Notes under the pieces: generated by a model
Database searches by the model: none
Told to the model about the DNA's origin: nothing
Seen by the model: only the letters and a program-made list of their open reading frames with translations
Translations under genes and position numbers: made by a program
NCBI GenBank assembly: GCA_951406725.2
Contig: OX597817.1
Location: 156,240,001 to 156,304,000, forward strand
From: Octopus vulgaris
Taxonomy: Eukaryota
DNA length: 64,000 nt
Direction of reading: 5' to 3'
Shown: piece by piece, positions 23,570 to 37,765 of the stretch
Layout: the number at the start of each line of letters is the position of its first letter
Numbering within the stretch: position 1 is the first letter of the stretch

Positions 23570-25435
23570 TTTATTTGATGAGGCAAAGAAGGAAAAATAT
23601 AAGTGACTGTGACTGACACATCTTCAGGATGCTTTGAAAGAAACAGAGCTGCTTAATCAGCCTTGAAAGACTGGAAGGTGACGTTGATACGAAGCACTGT
23701 GTCAAAACAGCAGTTATCAAGATGTTAGTAAAAGTTCATGTTGACATATTTAATGCAGGGAGCATTGAAGAAGATAACTAGAAATAGTTATGCAAAAAAG
23801 GGGGCGGGGAAACAAACAACAATATTAGGTAACTACTAGTATTCAGCTTTCTTTTTTTTCTGGCATGAGTAACCACTCTAGACATGTTTAGCATTATTCT
23901 GACCTCACCAGCAAAGAATTGCTATCACTGTACTTGCTGAAGTAGTGATGGAAGAATTATGAAGTAACTGTACCAGATGTGTACATTGTTATGTGCAGTC
24001 TTGCACAATTACTTTCAAATGCTGTAGTCAAGTAAAATAATTTGGAGAATCTGAATTATTTATCAAAATTGGTTTTATGATATGCAAACCAAAGTAGAAC
24101 AAGCAGAATTGTTAAAGCATCATGCAAAATGCCTAACAGTATTTCTTCCACCTTTTTATATACAGAGTTCGAATTTTTCCGAGACCAACTTTGTCTTTCA
24201 TCCTTTCAGGGTCAATAAAATAAGTACCAGTCAGTTAGTGGGTGTTGGTGTTATCAGCTGTACCCCCAATAAAATATATATATATATATATATATATTTC
24301 AGGCCTTGTGCATTGAATTATATACAAACCACCTTTCTTTTTAATAACTAAAATTAACTTACCTTACAGATCATAACTGACTATATTTTAGTACGATTTG
24401 AATTCTGGACTGTTAGTCCACAAATATGAGTTTTAGTGTTTAATGTTATATACTGTGTATACTAACTATACCAAATTGAGCTAATAAGAGCAAGTTTGTG
24501 TGGTTAGTCAACATGTGGAAAAGGTTAACCCAATCCCTTGCAAATCACGTCCTACTGACTAACAAAAATTATAGGATTACATTGGATCATGTAGTTTTAA
24601 ATATATGTGTGTATATATAAAAGTTTGGATGATTACTGCTGAAATATCTTTTTTGGCCATAGGCCTACAAGATTAGGGCTGTCCTGGGGTTAAACAACAA
24701 GAGTCTAGCATGACATAAGAGTTCCTAAGTAGGCTAAGAGATTGTTCATGAGTTATTTGAGACTCAAGTAGTGAAGTGCCTCAATCAATAACAAGCATGC
24801 ATGCACATATATTGGTTAAAAAGTACAATAAATCTGAAGATGTTTGATTTCACAGTTGAATAGTAATTTTCCATACTGCAGAAATGTCTAGCCATGATGA
24901 ATATTGAGGATGGTATGTCTGTGTATACACACACACATACACAAGCTGACACATTAACCTACATGTATACAATATTGCGCTAACCAGATGTGATCTTTTA
25001 CAGAGTAGTTAGTGTAGGCAGTACTCTTCTTCTGATTATACCACTTTTAAAGCTATCGTTGATTGAGAATTATCTTAATTCAAGGGCCTCAGATGAGGTA
25101 GAGAACCCCGAACTCACTATACTATACTCATGGGGCACTTGTAATAAATAACAAACGCACCATGCGTACGTTCACGGAGTTAAGTACTAGTTCACTTAAT
25201 GTAGTGAACTAAAAATTATCGATAATCAATGGGAATTATATCTATAGTGAAAAGAGATGTCGTTAGCATTAATGGAAGAATTCTTCTCCAAATATGCAAG
25301 TAAGAAAACATCAGGATTTTAGTTAAGTAGAAATTAAATGAAGATATGCAAAAGTGAAGGATTTCGTTAGAGCTTTGGAGGCAGAGGTGATGAGTCCATA
25401 TGTATTTCAGTCTTATTAGACCATCTCTTTCTCTT

Positions 25436-25739
25436 GTGCCCTTTTCAAGCCTAGCCAGGCTCATGGGCCCGGTTTCCTGGTTTCTGTGGCGTATGTGTTC
25501 CCCCCCAGCTGGATGGGACACCAGTCCATCGCAGCGTTTTCTCAAGAAACAGGAAGAAAGCATGAGAGAAAGTTGGGGTGAAAGAGTACAACAGGGGTCG
25601 CCACCACCCCCTGCCGGAGCCTCGTGGAGCTTTAGGTGTTTTCGCTCAATAAACACACACAACGCCCGGTCTGGGAATCGAAACTGCGATCTTCTGACCA
25701 CGAGTCTGCTGCCCTAACCACTGGGCCATTGTGCATCCA
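25436..25739 (-). mobile_element. SINE with family A head and tail type 2 (V-domain-like)
   Basis: Head matches A; tail has gctgcgatggactggtgtcccatccagc; TSD ttatt(a/g)gaccatc. Confidence 0.85.
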
Positions 25740-26084
25740 TTATTGGACCATCAGTGAAGCCTAATTAATATACAGTTCTCAAGACTATAGAAAATATAGT
25801 CTTTGATGTAAAAATTCTGTAGAAGTGAAATAGTGCAATGGAGAAATTATAAGTCATGCACTGCAATATACTGCAGGTATTTCATAATGTTTCTGGGTTG
25901 AATATTTTATCTACTTGCTTCTATTTATCTACTTTATTTAGAGGTAATAAGTACCTGATTATCTCTGCATTGTTACCTATCATAGATAACATTCCAATCA
26001 GAAAACAGTGTTTCTGTTATAGATCAGTTTTATCCACATTGTCTCAGTCCATCCAGCCATTATCAGGAATAAAAACAATCAACG

Positions 26085-26389
26085 TCGCCCTTTTCAAGCC
26101 TAGCCAGGCTCATGGGCCCAGTTTCCTGGTTTCTGTGGTGTACGTGTTCCTCCCAGCTGGACGGAACGCCAGTCCGTCGCAGCGTTACTCAAGAAACAGG
26201 AAGAGAGAGTGAGAGAAAACTGTGGCAAAAGAGTACAACAGGGGTCGCCAGCACCCCTGCCGGAGCCTTGTGAAGCATTTAGGTGTTTTCTCTCAATAAA
26301 CACACACACACCGCCCGGTCTGGGAATCGAAACCGCGATCCTCCGACCGTGAATCCGCTGCCCTAACCACTGGGCCATTGCTCCTCCAC
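26085..26389 (-). mobile_element. SINE with family A head and tail type 2
   Basis: Matches 25436 copy; TSD catt(a/g)tcaggaata. Confidence 0.85.
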
Positions 26390-29255
26390 ATTGTCAGGAA
26401 TAGCTACTAGATAATCTGAGGGAAAGTCAGATGTGATGCTGATGATCTGTCCACAGAAAGATTTCTCCCATATTTATTATAGGTTGTGTTGATATCAACG
26501 ATGACTATCTAGATATGTAGTCTCAACTTGAAGTATCAGTAATAGATTGCTCCTCTCCATAGGTTTACTATCTTGACCTGCTGTGATTCACTTGTGTTAA
26601 TGTACTATCTCAAATTGTGTTTAACCATATCTTTGTATCTCAGTTAGGGATACACTCTGATATCTCGTACCTCTAGTCAGCTGAGAAAATAGTATTTGCA
26701 GGTTGCCACTTGATATCTCTCATCCATAACATCATAAAAGCAGAACTAAGCAGTGACCCTTACAAGCCCTTGAAGTTTAAGTAAGGCATTTGTATTTACA
26801 AGGAACACATTTGTGTGCAAAAATCCAACAAGTACAGAATGTCTTGGTTCAGTAACACAAAAGGTCTGCACAGGTTGAGGGCTGTAGCACTGCCAAGATA
26901 TTATTAGTAGTTGTGTGGGCAGAAGTATTAGAAATTATTTAATTAGTTGAAATATAATCAGACATGCAGTAAACAAAACTATTCAGAGACACTCCAGTTT
27001 GTCTTTATATATATATGTATGTATGTATACACACATACACACACATAATAACGCTATTGGTTGCTCATATACTTGGGACAGTGCTACTGGCTACACACAC
27101 ACACACACACTGTAGCACATCCAAAAGAAGGTCTTCAGCTGATTGGGAATGATTCATTCACCAACACACTACAACCATTGGCTCATAGGCATTCTGTTTC
27201 TTCTCACTGTCTCTACTACTACTACTACTACTACTGCAGCAGCAGTATTATCTGTTTATCTGAACTAGCATGTGTGTCTTAACATCTCACCAAACTTAAT
27301 TCATCAACCCCTATCTCTCGTAATCCCACCACTCCCTTACCACGTCTTACTTACCAAACCTTATATTAAAATCTATATCCAATCCTTCTTGCTTAGAATT
27401 GCATCCCTCTAAAATTCACTTTCTGCCTGTGTTTCTCTTACATTCACCAGCCTACAACAGTTCAGGGTGAACATTAACCATATAGATTGGTTAGCAAAGT
27501 CCTACAGAAAGCCATAGGCTCTTCCCCACCCCCTCATCTCCTTTATTCTATGTGCTAATATTTTTATTAACTACAAGTTCTGTGTTAAGGTCAGTGCTTA
27601 TCATTGCTTTTATAGCATGAAGCAGAATTTTTACCTGCGCAGAATAAAAGACTATTCCTGACTACAGCTAAGTGAACTGAGGCAATGTAGAATATACTAT
27701 GCCACTACAGATTGCTTGGTAAAAAGTAAATCTCCCACAGTATAGACCCTAATGTATAAGTAACATTCCAAGATGGTTCCTTAGGTGAACTGAAGTAATG
27801 TAGAATATAATGTCCTGTTAAATAATCCAACGAAATGCCTGTAGTAGATTTGATCTTGTGATTTACAAGCAAGTAGTCCAATATCTTCACCAGTTGACCA
27901 TCCTGAACTTGGAATGTCATTGGACTGTGTTGTATGATTCAAGTTTCTCTTGTGCTAGGTCATGAGATATATCTGTCTTTAAGTTAGGACACCTGTCAAT
28001 GCAGGTAATATCTTTTTTCTCTATTTCAAGCTAACAAAACCTTTGTCACTTTAATCATTGTACTGCTCTTGCCATACCATTTTGAGTAGAACTACTCTGG
28101 GATAGAACTACTCAGAAACATGGAATCTGAGGGAACTTGTGATGGTCATATTTCCGGAGCCTATAATGGGTCTCAGGCTTATTGTAAACAACTATTGTAA
28201 GCAATTTGGCATTTCCTTCCAAATTCTTCCACCCATGATACTTTTCACGGTCACTTCAACAAGTCTCCTGCTTTCAGAACAGTCCGTATATTTAGTATTT
28301 CTCATTTATGTTGCCATTATAAGTCTGGGATCTGTTAATGGTTGTACCAGTAGAAGAATTTGTTCAATTCAATTGTGTGAGGAGTGAAGAATTGTATAGA
28401 GCTCTTGCTCTTTGGCTATGATCTAAAGGTAACTATATTTACAGCTGGGTAGATTCAGAGCTCTCTTAACAACATTACCCTGTTGCAAAGCTATGCATTG
28501 AGACCTATATATATGTGTGTATTGACCACAAACCATAGCATACATGGATTACCATTGGACCCTTAAGCCCATGGGATCCCCCTCTCGGCAACTACTTTTC
28601 ATGCTCATGCATGGGTGGATAGGAATGAATGTCACTGTGCATTTACATCACTTTCTGAGTAGTGTTTTTGAGAAAATCTCGTCTAGGTTAACCAAAGCAC
28701 AAAGAATGGAATTTGGTCGACAGAAACTGTAGGGAAGCTCGTTGGAGGCACCGTTTCTGTTTGGCACAAGGCTAGCAATTCGAGGAGATGGGACAAACCG
28801 ATTATACCGACCTCAGTACTTGACTAATATTTTATTTTATCGACCCCAAAAGAATGAAAGGCAAAGTTGAATTCGGGCTCTATAGAGTTGGAAAGAATTC
28901 CACTATTTTATCCGATGCAGCAACGATTTTGTTAGCTCAATGAATATTGAAACAGGTACATCAAGCCGGTATCAGGATAAGAAGAGCTGACCCCCTCCCC
29001 CTTTTTTCTGTTGATTGAATTATTAGAGGAAGAGTGGCGGCACGCGTGAATCTTTTCAACGTTCCCGGGACAGGTGGGAGTAGGTTTTCATCAGACCGTA
29101 GGTAGATCTGGTCCGAATGCTTGCAATAGACCGGATTCCGTAATATAAGGCACCTAAAGTGCCAAGCAGTGGTGGTGTCAACAAACCGGGCGACGGATCA
29201 AGTTGTCAGCTAAATTGTCAACTCAACGAATCTGTTGTGATTATGGGCTATGGGG

Positions 29256-29482
29256 TCGAGCTGGCAGAAACGATAGCGCACCGGGCGAAATGCTTAGCTG
29301 TATTTCGTCTGTCGTTACGTTCTGAGTTCAAATTCCGCTTGGTCCACTTTGCCTTTCATCCTTTCGGGGTCGATAAATAAAGTACCAGTTTCGCACTGGG
29401 GTCGATGTAATCGACTTAATCCCTTTGTCTGTCCTTGTTTGTCCCCTCTGTGTTTAGCCCCTTGTGGGCAGTAAAGAAATAT
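29256..29482 (+). mobile_element. SINE family C monomer
   Basis: A box tggcagaaacgatag, B box gagttcaaattcc, tail ccccttgtgggcagtaaagaaata. Confidence 0.85.
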
Positions 29483-31019
29483 ATTAGACATGAATTGTCC
29501 GATCGAGCAGTCCTAATGTCTAAGGCCACAGAATCCAGTATGCCGTGTGTGTGTTGAGGTGGCTGCTATTTCTAAGATCAAGCGCCCATGTAAAGACTCG
29601 TTCGTTGGCTCGATTTATTGGGATTTTGAGACGGTTGATACCCCTCACCTACAATGTATTCTTTCATATTCAAACAAGAAATAAATAAAGTGTCTTTATT
29701 TTTTTTTTAGCGGTTCTTAAATGCTCAGCTAAAAGAAAGTGTCTTAGAGGTTGTTGGAATTTAACTGACATTCATGTCAGTAAAATTGATTCTAATGACC
29801 AAGCATTCGGTAATACGACGCTGTCTTATAATAAACAACGTAACAGTGAACACCTTAATTTATTAAATGAAATTTAACCACTGGATGATGTGGTGATTAG
29901 GGCATTCTTGATTTTTGTAGGTGGAGATATCTAGGAAGACATTAAATGTATTTTCTTTTTAAGACGACCGCTCGACTTGCTAGAAATAGTATCCAAAATG
30001 CTTTCCTATCACACCCTATGAAGTAGGGATATCCTTGTTGGTTCGTAGTGTATGACGGCATTTTTGTTGAATGAGTGAAGAATGTTGCCCGGTTGGGACG
30101 AGCGATGATGAATTCTGTATCAGGTCGCCTCTATAACAACTCCGAATGTTTTAAAATGACTCTGTCACGCCGTGAATATTTGAATTTTAAATACGCAACA
30201 CATCCGAGTTCGCACACACATACACAGAGAGAAAGTGAGCCTCGCTACATAGCCGTTCAGCATGCTAGAAATGGCAGCTAAATTTCCCATGGCCCACGTA
30301 TTGCCATCTTAAGAAAGAAAAAAAAACTGTTTTGAATATATTGTCTGAAAATAAGATGAGATGATCACAATTGGAGCGGATTGGTCACATATATTTGGTC
30401 AGAATTGACCTGTGACCACTTAAATAACAACAAAAACGCTCATTCACATGCAGTGTTAAAGTAAATGGATTTGGATCTCCGTCAGTTTCAACGATGATTG
30501 TTCCAGTTATTCAATCAACTGAATAAAAGTATATGTGGTTGATTGAACATTTTACATGCATTTGTACCTTTATTTGTACTAAATCCCAGGTGGAATTTAC
30601 GCTCTTTGAATCACAGGTACAGTGTCCCCTTGACAGAATCAGTGTGTCAGTGTAACTGGACGGAAATTTTTGCATTACACACACGTAAGGTCCATCGGAC
30701 TCCTTTCTGCAATTTCGGCACCCCATGAATTCTCTCAAATCAGAACTATCGTCCTTTAAAAACCGCCACAAAAAAAATGATAAAAGCGTGGGGGTAGATA
30801 GAGGAGGTCACATTGGTTGGTATATTGTATATACTTACACATCTGTCTACTGGGTCACATTGTGTTAAAATGAAAGGCTGTTTGTGCGGTCATGTCACCC
30901 ACATACGCAAATCTTTCAGTGTTTGGGAGTGAACTAGGACATCCCACTGACAAAATTGTCAGTGAAAGTAGCTTTGGATGTTTTGTCTTCACAATGACAG
31001 CGACATTCACGTACGCACC

Positions 31020-31056
<37 letters not shown>

Positions 31057-31477
31057 TCTCGCTCCCTTTCTCTCTATCTATATATATATGGACATGTCTA
31101 TGTCAGTATAAAATGTGCGTACTGATTCACTGTCCTAAATAATATTGAAAATAATGATAATTGTAGTATTAGTAGCTATAACCATACCATTCAAGCAGTA
31201 GTGGTAGCGGCAACGAGTGTAATAAATGGGTTGTTAGCTGGTTTTTTGGTAGGTCAGGATAAATGGAAATCGAAACCGAGTCAACTTGCAACAGTACTGG
31301 GACCAACAAGCTAGCCTCTAAGCGACCGCTCCGTGTGCTAGAAATAGTTGCCGGATTTCCTTCATCACTCTCTTAGCAGGAAACTTTGAATGATGTGATC
31401 CGAGATACTTTTTTTGCCTTTCAGGATTTAGTCAATCGGATCGATCCCAGTTCTTATTTCAGACAGCATAAACTATA

Positions 31478-31897
31478 CCTATTTCTTTACTACCCACAAG
31501 GGGCTAAACACAGAGAGGACAAACAAGGACAGACAAAGGGATTAAGTCGATTATATCGATCCCCAGTGCGTAACTGGTACTTAATTTATCGACCCCGAAA
31601 GGATGAAAGGCAAAGTCGACCTCGGCGGAATTTGAACTCAGAACGTAGCGACAGACGAAATGCCTATTTCTTTATTACCCACAAGGGGCTAAACATAGAG
31701 GGGACAAACAAGGACAGACATATAGGTATTAAGTCGATTACATCGACCCCAGTGCTTAACTGGTACTTAATTTATCGACCCCGAAAGGATGAAAGGCAAA
31801 GTCGACCTCGACGGAATTTGAACTCAGAACGTAGCGGCAGACGAAATACCGCTGAGCATTTTGCCCGTCGTGCTAACGATTCTGCCAGCTCGCCAGC
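31478..31897 (-). mobile_element. SINE family C dimer
   Basis: One full unit plus a second lacking the 5' half of the head. Confidence 0.88.
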
Positions 31898-32928
31898 GTA
31901 AACACACACACATTCGAATTTTTTTTTTTTTTTTGTGGAATGAGAGGCAAGTTTATTTTTTCTTTTCTTTTTTTTGGGACCGGGAGACGGTAGTGAGGTT
32001 ATAGGGCCTTACTTCGGTTGAGAGTAAACACGATAAAATTTTGTCTCTCCACACAGAGAATTTCCGCCTGTCAAATATCACTCATTAGGCATCGACCAAC
32101 ACTAGGAGGCTATGTAAGAACAAAGGTGAAACGCAGTGGAACCGAACCTGGAATAACCTGATTACGAAGTGAGCTTCTTAACCACACAGCCATGCGCAGG
32201 CCTTTCAAAAAGGAATAGGTGACAATGGCTGATTAATAAAGGGCTAACTTGGAGCTAAACCAGAAAAGGAAGAACACATCTTTCCACAGGTGTCAGAAAA
32301 TAAGCGTGCACACATCTGGAACGTCTTTGATCATGGGTCTGTCCTAGAACTAAAGAATTTTTCAATTATTGCATTAATTTGCCTTATTTTAGTTTCTCTC
32401 TGTTATCTTATCCAAATGTTCCGATCTAGGACGCGTAGGGGATGAGTTGATCAATGTTATAACTCCTATTGCAACCAGGACGCCTTTCTGTGGACACCCT
32501 ATCTGCTGGAAGTAGCAGTTAAATGCACCACATACGGCGGTTTTACATTTAAAAAGATTAAGGATAACGTAATACGGAGTACGTTATTCCTGGAAATAAA
32601 ACGAAGTGGTCATATCTGGAATGCCCTTGACCACTCGTCTGCTCGATCAGAGTCGATGTGGATGAGGGTGCTAAAGAAAGTACTACAGCTACCATTTTTA
32701 ATGATGGATTGTTTTGGACAGGTAGACAGTCTACGAAATCAAAAGCTATTAAATACAGATTGATAAATTATTTTATTAGCAGCCATAAGTAATTTTTTTC
32801 ATCCTGTTTCGGCAGCTAAAACTTCAGCTCCACTTATCGCCGGAACATTTGCTTCTTTATCTCTACTCTATAAATACTCTGATAGTCCTTGATCTTGCCG
32901 GTCTTTTCTTCTCTTGTATCACCCTCTT

Positions 32929-33402
32929 AAGGTTTACTAATCGAGTGGGTCGTCTTTTCTCTATTATTTGTCCCCTTTTGTAAAATCATGTCTTACGAGC
33001 CTTCCTTGTTTCTCAGATAAATATGATTTTAATTCTTTTAAAATCACCTCTTAAGGTTTACTAATCGAGTGGGTCGTCTTTTCTTTATTGTTGTCCCCTT
33101 CTGTAAAATCATGTCTTACGAGCCTTCCTTGTTTCTCAGATAAATATGATTCTAATTCTTTTAAAATCACCTCTAAAGGTTTACTAATCGAGTGGGTCGT
33201 CTTTTCTCTATTATTTGTCCCCTTTTGTAAAATCATGTCTTCCTTGTTTCTCAGATAAATATGATTTTAATTCTTTTAAAATCACCTAAAGGTTTACTAA
33301 TCGAGTGGGTCGTCTTTTCTTTATTGGTGTCCCCTTCTGTAAAATCATGTCTTACGGGCCTTCCTTGTTTCTCAGATAAATATGATTCTAATTCTTTTAA
33401 AT
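32929..33402. repeat. Tandem repeat, 4 x ~113-124 bp with alternating variants
   Basis: aaggtttactaatcgagtgggtcgtctttt at 32929, 33053, 33176, 33289. Confidence 0.93.
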
Positions 33403-33519
33403 CTGTGATCGTTTTTTGTTCTTAGGGCAGCTTCTCACTAATTCAAATATACTAAAATGTTGCTTGAGGCCCGTTTTGTTACTTGGCGCCTATTTTATTG
33501 CTTGTTGCTCAGCGTCCTG

Positions 33520-33589
33520 TTAAACTGTGTGGGAAGAAGAAACTGCAAGTTTGGACGTTTCAAACTGTGATTCTTCGTCAAGAAACATA
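33520..33589 (-). CDS. Candidate terminal coding exon (S)MFLDEESQFETSKLAVSSSHTV*
   Basis: Acceptor ctaatttttttccag; phase 2 matches upstream exon; AATAAA on minus strand near 32775. Confidence 0.35.
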
Positions 33590-34170
33590 CTGGAAAAAAA
33601 TTAGAATAAACAAAAAACGATTCTACAGTAGATAAAAGAATATCAGTAAATTTATCCGTGCAAAACTTAGTTTTCAATTTTTATGATATATAAAAAAATA
33701 TATTGCATTTCGGCGGTAGTTATTCGAGATCTACCTTTCTTATTAGGTATTAGAAGGTGAAATTAAAGTCCAGCCTCTATTCTTAGCTAACCTTTTAAGG
33801 TTTAAACTGACCCCACTTCTTGTATTTCCTAACAACAGGCCCTTTTTATAACTATAACTTCATATAACGACTATTGAAAAGGTTGCAAGACACAACGAAA
33901 ATTTTAGACAAAATAAATACGTGTGAATGAGTGGCAATCGAACCGGCGAGTGTGTTAAATATTAAGGCACTAAAAGAGAACGACTCTCTCCAGACAATAA
34001 AAATTCATATGAAGAGATAAAGCATTAAGCCAATTCTTCTCAGGCGCTCGTTCTTTCTTTCCATTTCGATTCCAGACAACTATCCTGCTACAGCCCACGA
34101 GTTTTTGACTGTTTTAAAGCTGAAATAAAAAGAAATATTTCATGTTGGACGAAGTATTTCTCTTCTGCTG

Positions 34171-34210
<40 letters not shown>

Positions 34211-34444
34211 AAAGAAAATTTTGGCTATTCAGCATTTTACCGTTCGATATATGACTGGATAATTGCTGTTTACTTTTATATAATTGTGTATGTATAGTAG
34301 TACTCTTATCAAATCTAGTCACTGCGTGTTACGAGAGAGCCTCTACTTGGTAGCTTGACCTCCTAGAAATAGCATCCAAATCTACCTCAAATCACACCCT
34401 GCTATTTCAGAAGCAGAAGTGACCCATAGGATAATTTTCTTTTT

Positions 34445-34900
34445 CACTTGTATGATCTGGAGAAAGGAGCAGTGCCCATACCATTCGCGGCCCTTCCCAG
34501 GCGGGTGAAATTGACGATATCAATGTTCCTCTTGAACCTTTGCTAAGTCAAACACCTAGGTAAGGTATGGGCTGCAAGGGAATTCCAGCAGGCCGACATT
34601 CTCAGAAAGAAGGATTAGACGTAGTAATTAGTGAGGGACCTAGGTGCTGGATGCTGAAAAGATGAGAGTGCGAATGGAACGGAAGTACCTATGTGGGTGT
34701 GGCATGGGCCCAACCACCTCCGTAGAGTGGAGGCCATTTATTAAGTGGATGAAATGACAGAGCAGGCAATGGGCTCGTAGCCGGATCGTAGTTGTGAGTG
34801 ACTTTATGCATGTGGTCTTGGATTCGTGTGTGTAGCAGTAATCCCGATCCATATTTAAGAAAAACATTGAGGCCTCACCCAAGTTTTGTCGCATATCAAT
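34445..34900 (-). mobile_element. CR1-type LINE 3' fragment
   Basis: Minus-strand remnant PRSLTNYYV*SFFLRMSACWNSL...FKRNIDI resembles a CR1 ORF2 C-terminus. Confidence 0.65.
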
Positions 34901-34970
34901 AATTGTCGGGGGGGGGGGGGGGGCTGAAGTGTCTTTTGGCTCTGCGGAGAGGGGGGCCAGTCATCGGTAT

Positions 34971-35352
34971 ACTCTTTTACTTGTTTCAGTCATTTGACTG
35001 CGGCCATGCTGGAGCACCGCCTTTAGTCGAGCAAATCAACCCCGGAACTTATTCTTTGTAAGCCCAGTACTTATTCTATCGGTCTCTTATGCCGAACCGC
35101 TAAGTGACGAGGACGTAAACACACCAGCATCGGTTGTCAAGCAGTGCTAGGGGGACAAACACACACATACATACATATATATACATATATACGACAGGCT
35201 TCTTTCAGTTTCCGTTTACCAAATCCACTCACAAGGCATTGGTCGGCCCGAGGCTATAGTAGAAGATTCTTGCCCAAGGTGCCACGCAGTGGGACTGAAC
35301 CCGGGACCATGTGATTCGTAAGCAAGCTACTTACCACACAGCCACTCCTGCG
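34971..35352 (-). mobile_element. SINE family B
   Basis: Full-length reverse copy. Confidence 0.9.
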
Positions 35353-36199
35353 ATTTTATTTTACGGATGTGCTTTCGCCGAGAGATTCCCAGTTAGCACT
35401 GTTAGAGATCAGGTTTATTGGATCAAGGCTAACCTGTGACTAAGCAGCAACGTTGATGTTTGGTAAGCCCTTGCTTCCCGTATATCTTTGTTTGCAGATG
35501 ACCTGAGCTATCTCCCGCCATCAATGGGAACTTTCATATGTATTGAGGGTAGGAGGATTAAGTGATTAGTTTTAGAAGCTTGTTTCAATTCAACAGCAAC
35601 TGCACACTTACATGAAACAGACTCAACTCTTGTCAAACCAAAAAATAAATTTTCTACAAGGTTACTCAACCTCCTAAAAATAGCAGTTGTATTTCCCTCA
35701 AGTCATACATCTATTGCTTAAGAAAAAAGCAAAGAATATATTAGATATCTTTTCTCCCACCAAAAAACTCAATTATTACGGCTAAAGCGCGTTTGTTTAA
35801 TCAGCATTTTAAGTGGCAAGCAATGCACTGGAGCCTCTACACACAACCACAGAAATTGTAATTTATTTTAAAGATGTATATTTTCAATAACAACAAATAT
35901 TTATAGCTTATTATAGTGTTTATTTATAGGCAGTAAGCTACAGCAAATATAGATTAGTGTTGGGCCCCTAGAGCCATAGGGCTCTCGGAAAACTGCCTAT
36001 TGTGGTCGTACCTTGAAACAGCACTGTATATAGGCGTCACTCTCTCTCTATCTCTTCCACACCACACACACAACCCGTTATATATATTTCGTTTTTGTAT
36101 TTGGTTTGAAAGATTCTTTATGTGAATTCGTGTGTTCAAGCGTATTTTATTGTCTGGGGAGAATCATTCTCTGTTAGTGCCTTATTATTTAACACACAA

Positions 36200-36720
36200 G
36201 GGCTTAAGTCGGTTATATCGACCCTGGTGCGTAACTGGTACTTAATTTATCGACCCCGAAAGGATGAAAGGCAAAGTCGACCTCGACGGAATTTGAACTC
36301 AGAACGTTATTTCTTTACCCACAGGGGGCTAAACTCAGAGGGGACAAACAAGGCCAGACAAAAGGATTAAGTCGATTATATCGACCCCATTACGTGACTG
36401 GTACTTATTTAATCGACCCCGAAAGGATGAAAGGCAAAGCCGGCCTCGGCGGAATTTGAGCTCAGAACGTAGTGGCAGACGAAATACCTATTTCTTTACT
36501 ACCCACAAGGGTCTAAACACAGAGAGGACAAACAAGGACAGGCAAATGGATTAAGTCGATTATATCGACCCCATTACGTGACTGGTACTTATTTAATCGA
36601 CCCCGAAAGGATGAAAGGCAAAGCCGACTTCGGCGGAATTTGAACTCAGAACGTAGCGGCCGCCGAAATACCGCTATGCATTTCGCCCGACGTGCTAACG
36701 ATTCTGCCAGCTCGCCGCCT
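36200..36720 (-). mobile_element. SINE family C trimer
   Basis: Three head-to-tail units, only the first with a complete head. Confidence 0.88.
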
Positions 36721-37093
36721 TATCGACTTGGTATATAAATATGTGTAAATAGTCAAACATCGTCGCTATCTTTCCAAATCTTGCTGCATTTTACATGGAA
36801 TTGTTTGGTCCTCCAAAGTCATCTTGGTGTATAAATCTACTTAGTTTTTTTTTTACTGTAACTTTTCGTCTGAAAAATTCGACTTGTATACCGAAAAAAT
36901 ATGGGGGAATATACGGTTGCTAATTCAGATGAGCAGACGCAGTTGCAATGTCTTTGATGTATGTTGACTTGTTCGACTTCTCTTTGAGAAATAGAATAGG
37001 TCCTGCCCAAGGAGAGATCGAGATTTTATCTTGTGTTACTGAACGCCAGTATTTCTTCGACTCGCCGATCTGTGTGTGTGTGTGGTGCAATAC

Positions 37094-37270
37094 CTGACAT
37101 CTCTATAGTGAACTTTTTCAGCTACAGTATGAGAAGTTTGTAAAGTTTGTATGGTGAATGTTTCGTTATAATCAAGATCAAGCGAGTCGTGTCTAATGTG
37201 TTTAGTTGTACGTGTTATGTGTGCAACCAGTCTACCATAAACTTGAGTCTTTACAAAAGTTATACTACAT
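37094..37270 (-). CDS. Candidate internal exon (177 nt, phase 2-2) CSITFVKTQVYGRLVAHITRTTKHIRHDSLDLDYNETFTIQTLQTSHTVAEKVHYRDV
   Basis: Acceptor gttttcag, donor CAG|gtattg, open in the phase delivered by exon 38800-38882; unique sequence. Confidence 0.55.
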
Positions 37271-37492
37271 CTGAAAACTGACGACATCCTTCACACACAC
37301 ACGTTTTCAAAAACAGCTGGAAACGGCGACCTTTTCGTGTGTATGTGTTCAGTAGTATATGAAAGATATAGTGTGTGTGTGCTTGTAGTGTAATTCTATA
37401 TAGAGTACGCTTTTGTGTGTTTGGTGTTGGGGGTGGAATTGTTTAGTTCGCTAAATCCACTACATTTTTGTGTGTCTATATTATGGTCTGCT

Positions 37493-37551
37493 CCACACAC
37501 ACGCACACACATATAGATATGTGTGTACATATGTGTATATATATATATATG

Positions 37552-37582
<31 letters not shown>

Positions 37583-37628
37583 GTACACACACATATATAT
37601 ATATGTACACACACATATATATATATGT

Positions 37629-37664
<36 letters not shown>

Positions 37665-37683
37665 GTACACACACACACACATA

Positions 37684-37756
<73 letters not shown>

Positions 37757-37765
37757 TATATATAT
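37493..37765. repeat. Compound (CA)n(TA)n microsatellite
   Basis: Directly visible. Confidence 0.95.

Noticed and set aside
25085-25125. Hammerhead-like cagatgagg...ccgaactc
   Set aside because: Core nucleotides and stems too degenerate to call
30589-30683. Possible + strand exon after tactaaatcccag (VEFTLFESQ microexon or longer form ending at gtaagg)
   Set aside because: Splice signals are plausible but frame and donor are ambiguous; cannot be supported without transcripts
34240-34321. Possible extra minus-strand exon TRFDKSTTIHTQLYKSKQQLSSHISN
   Set aside because: Open in phase 1, incompatible with the phase 2 upstream exon
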